Source: a virus
Length of the DNA stretch: 17,470 nucleotides
Direction: 5' to 3' (one strand)
Virus genome (UHGV): UHGV-0068970
Part shown: one piece after another, positions 15,413 through 17,470 of the stretch
How the letters are laid out: each line of letters begins with the position of its first letter
Numbering within the stretch: the first letter of the stretch is position 1
Position numbers and translations under genes: made by a program
Notes under the pieces: model-generated
The model's input: the letters and a program-made list of their open reading frames with translations, nothing else
Databases searched by the model: none
Told to the model about the DNA's origin: nothing

Positions 15413-15437
15413 AGCCTCGCGATGCGGGGCTTTTTTA
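15413..15437 (+). terminator. Rho-independent terminator after the lysis cassette
   Basis: Hairpin AGCCTCGC-gat-GCGGGGCT (one G-U pair) followed by TTTTTTAT (15431-15438), about 30 nt after the Rz stop. Confidence 0.55.
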
Positions 15438-15586
15438 TGTCCGCAGTAAACGCGCATTCTCGTGCGCATATCAACCAAGAGCTTTTCGGGATATGAGACA
15501 GAGACAGGACGGTGGCTTACATCGTGCCGCTCTTGGGCTGTCCATGTCTGCGAGAACTGGCTCATATCACCAAAAAGGTAAATACG

Positions 15587-16315
15587 ATGTCCAATATCAT
15601 CCCGATTGATTTCGAAGGCCATCCCATGCGTTTTTCTGACGATGGCTGGTTTGACGCGACTGCGGCAGCTGACAAGTTCAACAAGGAGCCGGCTCAGTGG
15701 CTTAGGCTTCCTGAGACTGTCCGTTACATCGAGGCGTTAAAGAGTAGATATGGGAATATCACATATGTAAAAACCAGCCGCGCTCGCAAAGATCGTGGTG
15801 GCGGAACATGGCTTCACCCAAAACTGGCGGTCAGATTTGCTCGATGGCTTTCTGTAGATTTTGAGATCTGGTGTGATGAGCAAATTGACGCAATCATTCA
15901 GGGTTCCGTTCATCATATCGACGATGAAAGAATAAAGGCTATTTTCCTTCTGGATAAATCTCAGCCATGGGAAAAGAGGTTTAGCGATCCGTTTTATTCT
16001 GCGATGTTCAAAATGTCAGGGCTGCCCCGTCATCGACCAGGTCGTCGCCCCGCACTATTTGGGATGATCAGTGCCAAGTGGGTATATGGCCCGGTATTAC
16101 CACCAGAAGTATATGCAGAGGTTAAAAGACGGCTGGCTACGGGAGACAAAATCCATCAGCACCTTAAACCTGACGCGCTGACATTGGTTGAGCGACAGAT
16201 CATTGCCGTTACCAGCATTGCCAATGGGTGCTCTGATTATCGTGATTTCGAAGCGCGTTGCATGTCGGCATTCCAGGTGAAAGGGCAGATGAAATTGCTC
16301 TATGCGGCGGCCTGA
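15587..16315 (+). CDS. KilA-N/Bro-N-like DNA-binding domain protein (antirepressor-like), about 242 aa
   Basis: From ATG 15587: MSNIIPIDFEGHPMRFSDDGWFDATAAADKFNKEPAQWLRLPETVRYIEAL... resembles KilA-N/Bro-N phage domains. C-terminal half unassigned. Start uncertain; the track ORF begins at 15512. Confidence 0.6.
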   Translation: MSNIIPIDFEGHPMRFSDDGWFDATAAADKFNKEPAQWLRLPETVRYIEALKSRYGNITYVKTSRARKDRGGGTWLHPKLAVRFARWLSVDFEIWCDEQIDAIIQGSVHHIDDERIKAIFLLDKSQPWEKRFSDPFYSAMFKMSGLPRHRPGRRPALFGMISAKWVYGPVLPPEVYAEVKRRLATGDKIHQHLKPDALTLVERQIIAVTSIANGCSDYRDFEARCMSAFQVKGQMKLLYAAA

Positions 16316-16317
16316 TC

Positions 16318-16575
16318 ATGAGCACCCGAATAATAGAATGCGCCTCCAGAGCGGGGCGCGACTTCTCAGAGTTCATGAAAGGCGAGAAGGGCATGATGGA
16401 AGCATTGGCCTCGGTGGATGAGTTTGGCGAGCAGCTGCGCCTCAACGGCTGTGTCAATCATCACTTTGTTAGCTACATGATGCGGAACTCGATCATGCAG
16501 GCATTCATGGACATGGCAAAAGCCGAGAGGAAAGAAGAGCGCCGGCGTAAGCGAGCGGAAGCAAAAGCGAAGTAG
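16318..16575 (+). CDS. Hypothetical protein with Lys/Arg/Glu-rich tail, about 85 aa
   Basis: ATG 16318 lies 2 nt after the stop of the upstream gene (coupling-type arrangement). MSTRIIECASRAGRDFSEFMKGEKG...AKAERKEERRRKRAEAKAK. No recognised domain. Confidence 0.5.
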   Translation: MSTRIIECASRAGRDFSEFMKGEKGMMEALASVDEFGEQLRLNGCVNHHFVSYMMRNSIMQAFMDMAKAERKEERRRKRAEAKAK

Positions 16576-16666
16576 CCATTACAAAGCTCATCTGCTGGTG
16601 GGCTTGATAATGGTGATGAACATCTCAATTTTTATTGTGGTTGACATAAAATCCTTTATTTTCATT

Positions 16667-16676
16667 GTGATATAAT
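16667..16676 (+). promoter_or_regulatory. Extended -10 promoter element (TGnTATAAT) for the 16706 ORF
   Basis: TGATATAAT at 16668-16676, about 30 nt upstream of the ATG, in an AT-rich stretch. A TTGACA hexamer at 16641-16646 is too far upstream (24-nt spacer) to be the matching -35. Confidence 0.4.
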
Positions 16677-16705
16677 TATCAGGCATCAATGGAAAGGAGG
16701 TGCAT

Positions 16706-16984
16706 ATGTTCGACGTAGTTGTGTTCGGCGCTGGGCGTTTTGGTTCGGTTTGCCACGTTGAAAGGCATGAGTTGACGATCAAGGTTCCGGACTGTCAAGT
16801 GAAGGCTCGGGAAATGGTTGGTGGCGTGGCGGTCATCCCCGATGTGGAGTATCAGATCTTTGAATTCCAGGTGGATGACGAGATTTATCTGATCGGAGTT
16901 AACGGACGCAGGCCAAGCGACGATGTGATTAAGTCGCACATCAGGCATGGCAACCCAAAGCCAAAGCCATACAAAAAACTATAA
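16706..16984 (+). CDS. Hypothetical small prophage protein, 92 aa
   Basis: Strong RBS AAGGAGG (16694-16700) then ATG 16706: MFDVVVFGAGRFGSVCHVERHELTIKVPDCQVKAREMVGGVAVIPDVEYQIFEFQVDDEIYLIGVNGRR... The track's 16700 start is an upstream GTG. Own promoter and terminator. Confidence 0.65.
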   Translation: MFDVVVFGAGRFGSVCHVERHELTIKVPDCQVKAREMVGGVAVIPDVEYQIFEFQVDDEIYLIGVNGRRPSDDVIKSHIRHGNPKPKPYKKL

Positions 16985-17005
16985 CCGCCTCCGGGCGGTT
17001 TTTTA
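16984..17005 (+). terminator. Rho-independent terminator
   Basis: Hairpin CCGCC-tcc-GGGCGG followed by TTTTTTAT, immediately after the stop at 16982-16984. Confidence 0.6.
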
Positions 17006-17016
17006 TTGGAGTTAAA

Positions 17017-17367
17017 ATGCCACCTCGAACACCAAAAGCTTGCCGTGTTCGCGGCTGCCGTTCCACGACAACAGACCCATCAGGTTACTGTGAGTCGCAC
17101 AAAGGCGAAGGCTGGAAATCCTACAAATCAGGACAATCAAGGCATCAGCGCGGTTATGGTTCGAAGTGGGATGTTATCCGCGCACGTGTCCTGAAACGTG
17201 ACAAAGGCCTGTGTCAGTTATGTCTGCGTGCCGGTGTGGTGCGTGAAGCTAAAACCGTTGACCACATCATCCCTAAAGCGCATGGCGGCACCGATGCCGA
17301 CAGTAATCTGCAGAGTCTGTGCTGGCCCTGCCATAAGGCGAAGACGGCCCGTGAACGGTTAAAGTGA
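17017..17367 (+). CDS. HNH endonuclease (packaging-associated type), 116 aa
   Basis: Canonical HNH signature CQLC...VDHIIPKAHGG...NLQSLCWPCHKAKT. GGAG RBS. Sits just upstream of the expected terminase small-subunit gene. Confidence 0.85.
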   Translation: MPPRTPKACRVRGCRSTTTDPSGYCESHKGEGWKSYKSGQSRHQRGYGSKWDVIRARVLKRDKGLCQLCLRAGVVREAKTVDHIIPKAHGGTDADSNLQSLCWPCHKAKTARERLK

Positions 17368-17470
17368 TAATAATTCTCAACTGTCTGAGGGGAGGGGCGG
17401 GTCAAATCCCTGTGACCTGACGTCTTCCGGACTGCCCGCCCCATCGTTTTTTTATACCCGCGAAAAATGA

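Larger units (their letters stand above)
1..17470. mobile_element. Segment of a lambdoid prophage (lambda/P22/DLP12-type mosaic), early-left operon through lysis cassette to start of packaging module
   Basis: Gene content and order typical of lambdoid phages: gam-kil-cIII-ea10-sieB, N, repressor, cro, cII, O, P, ren, nin genes, Q, holin-endolysin-spanins, HNH. Neither prophage end is inside the window. Confidence 0.9.

Noticed and set aside
15407-15622. 71-aa minus-strand ORF
   Set aside because: Spans the post-lysis terminator and the start region of the KilA-N-like gene; no RBS.
16209-16948. Three minus-strand ORFs (82, 64 and 89 aa)
   Set aside because: Antisense to the plus-strand genes and to the promoter region of the 16706 gene.
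17006-17444. 62-aa plus-strand and 76-aa minus-strand ORFs
   Set aside because: Alternative frame and antisense to the canonical HNH endonuclease gene.
1-17470. CRISPR arrays, tRNA or rRNA genes, IS elements with terminal inverted repeats
   Set aside because: No regularly spaced repeats, cloverleaf-like tRNA candidates or transposase ORFs were seen by eye. The only tandem-repeat structure is the ori iteron set inside O.

Overview
This 17.5-kb window is a contiguous slice of a lambdoid prophage (lambda/P22/DLP12-type mosaic) from an E. coli/Shigella-like host. All calls rest on reading the ORF translations and the sequence by eye; no database search was run. Left to right: end of the recombination module (gam partial, kil, cIII, ea10, sieB; ral absent); a P22-type immunity region (N-like antiterminator, nutL, pL/OL, c2-like repressor, OR/pR, cro, nutR, cII-like, oop-like RNA); lambda-type replication (O with ori iterons, P, ren); an AT-rich cargo island at the ren-nin junction (emrE, large serine recombinase ybcK, an orphan ORF, an HNH-domain protein); the nin region (ybcN, ninE, ybcO, rusA, ylcG); Q antiterminator quuD with tR'; a second cargo cluster in the Q-S position (Blc-like lipocalin, DUF523/DUF1722 protein, AraC-family regulator); the lysis cassette (essD, rrrD, rzpD with embedded rzoD); then a KilA-N/Bro-N-like protein, two small hypothetical genes and a canonical HNH endonuclease before the packaging genes. 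The best candidate for an undescribed system is the HNH-domain protein at 8290-9072 with its unrecognised C-terminal domain, possibly with the orphan ORF and hairpin at 7792-8168. Second is the Q-S cargo, which sits where Stx toxins are carried in related phages.
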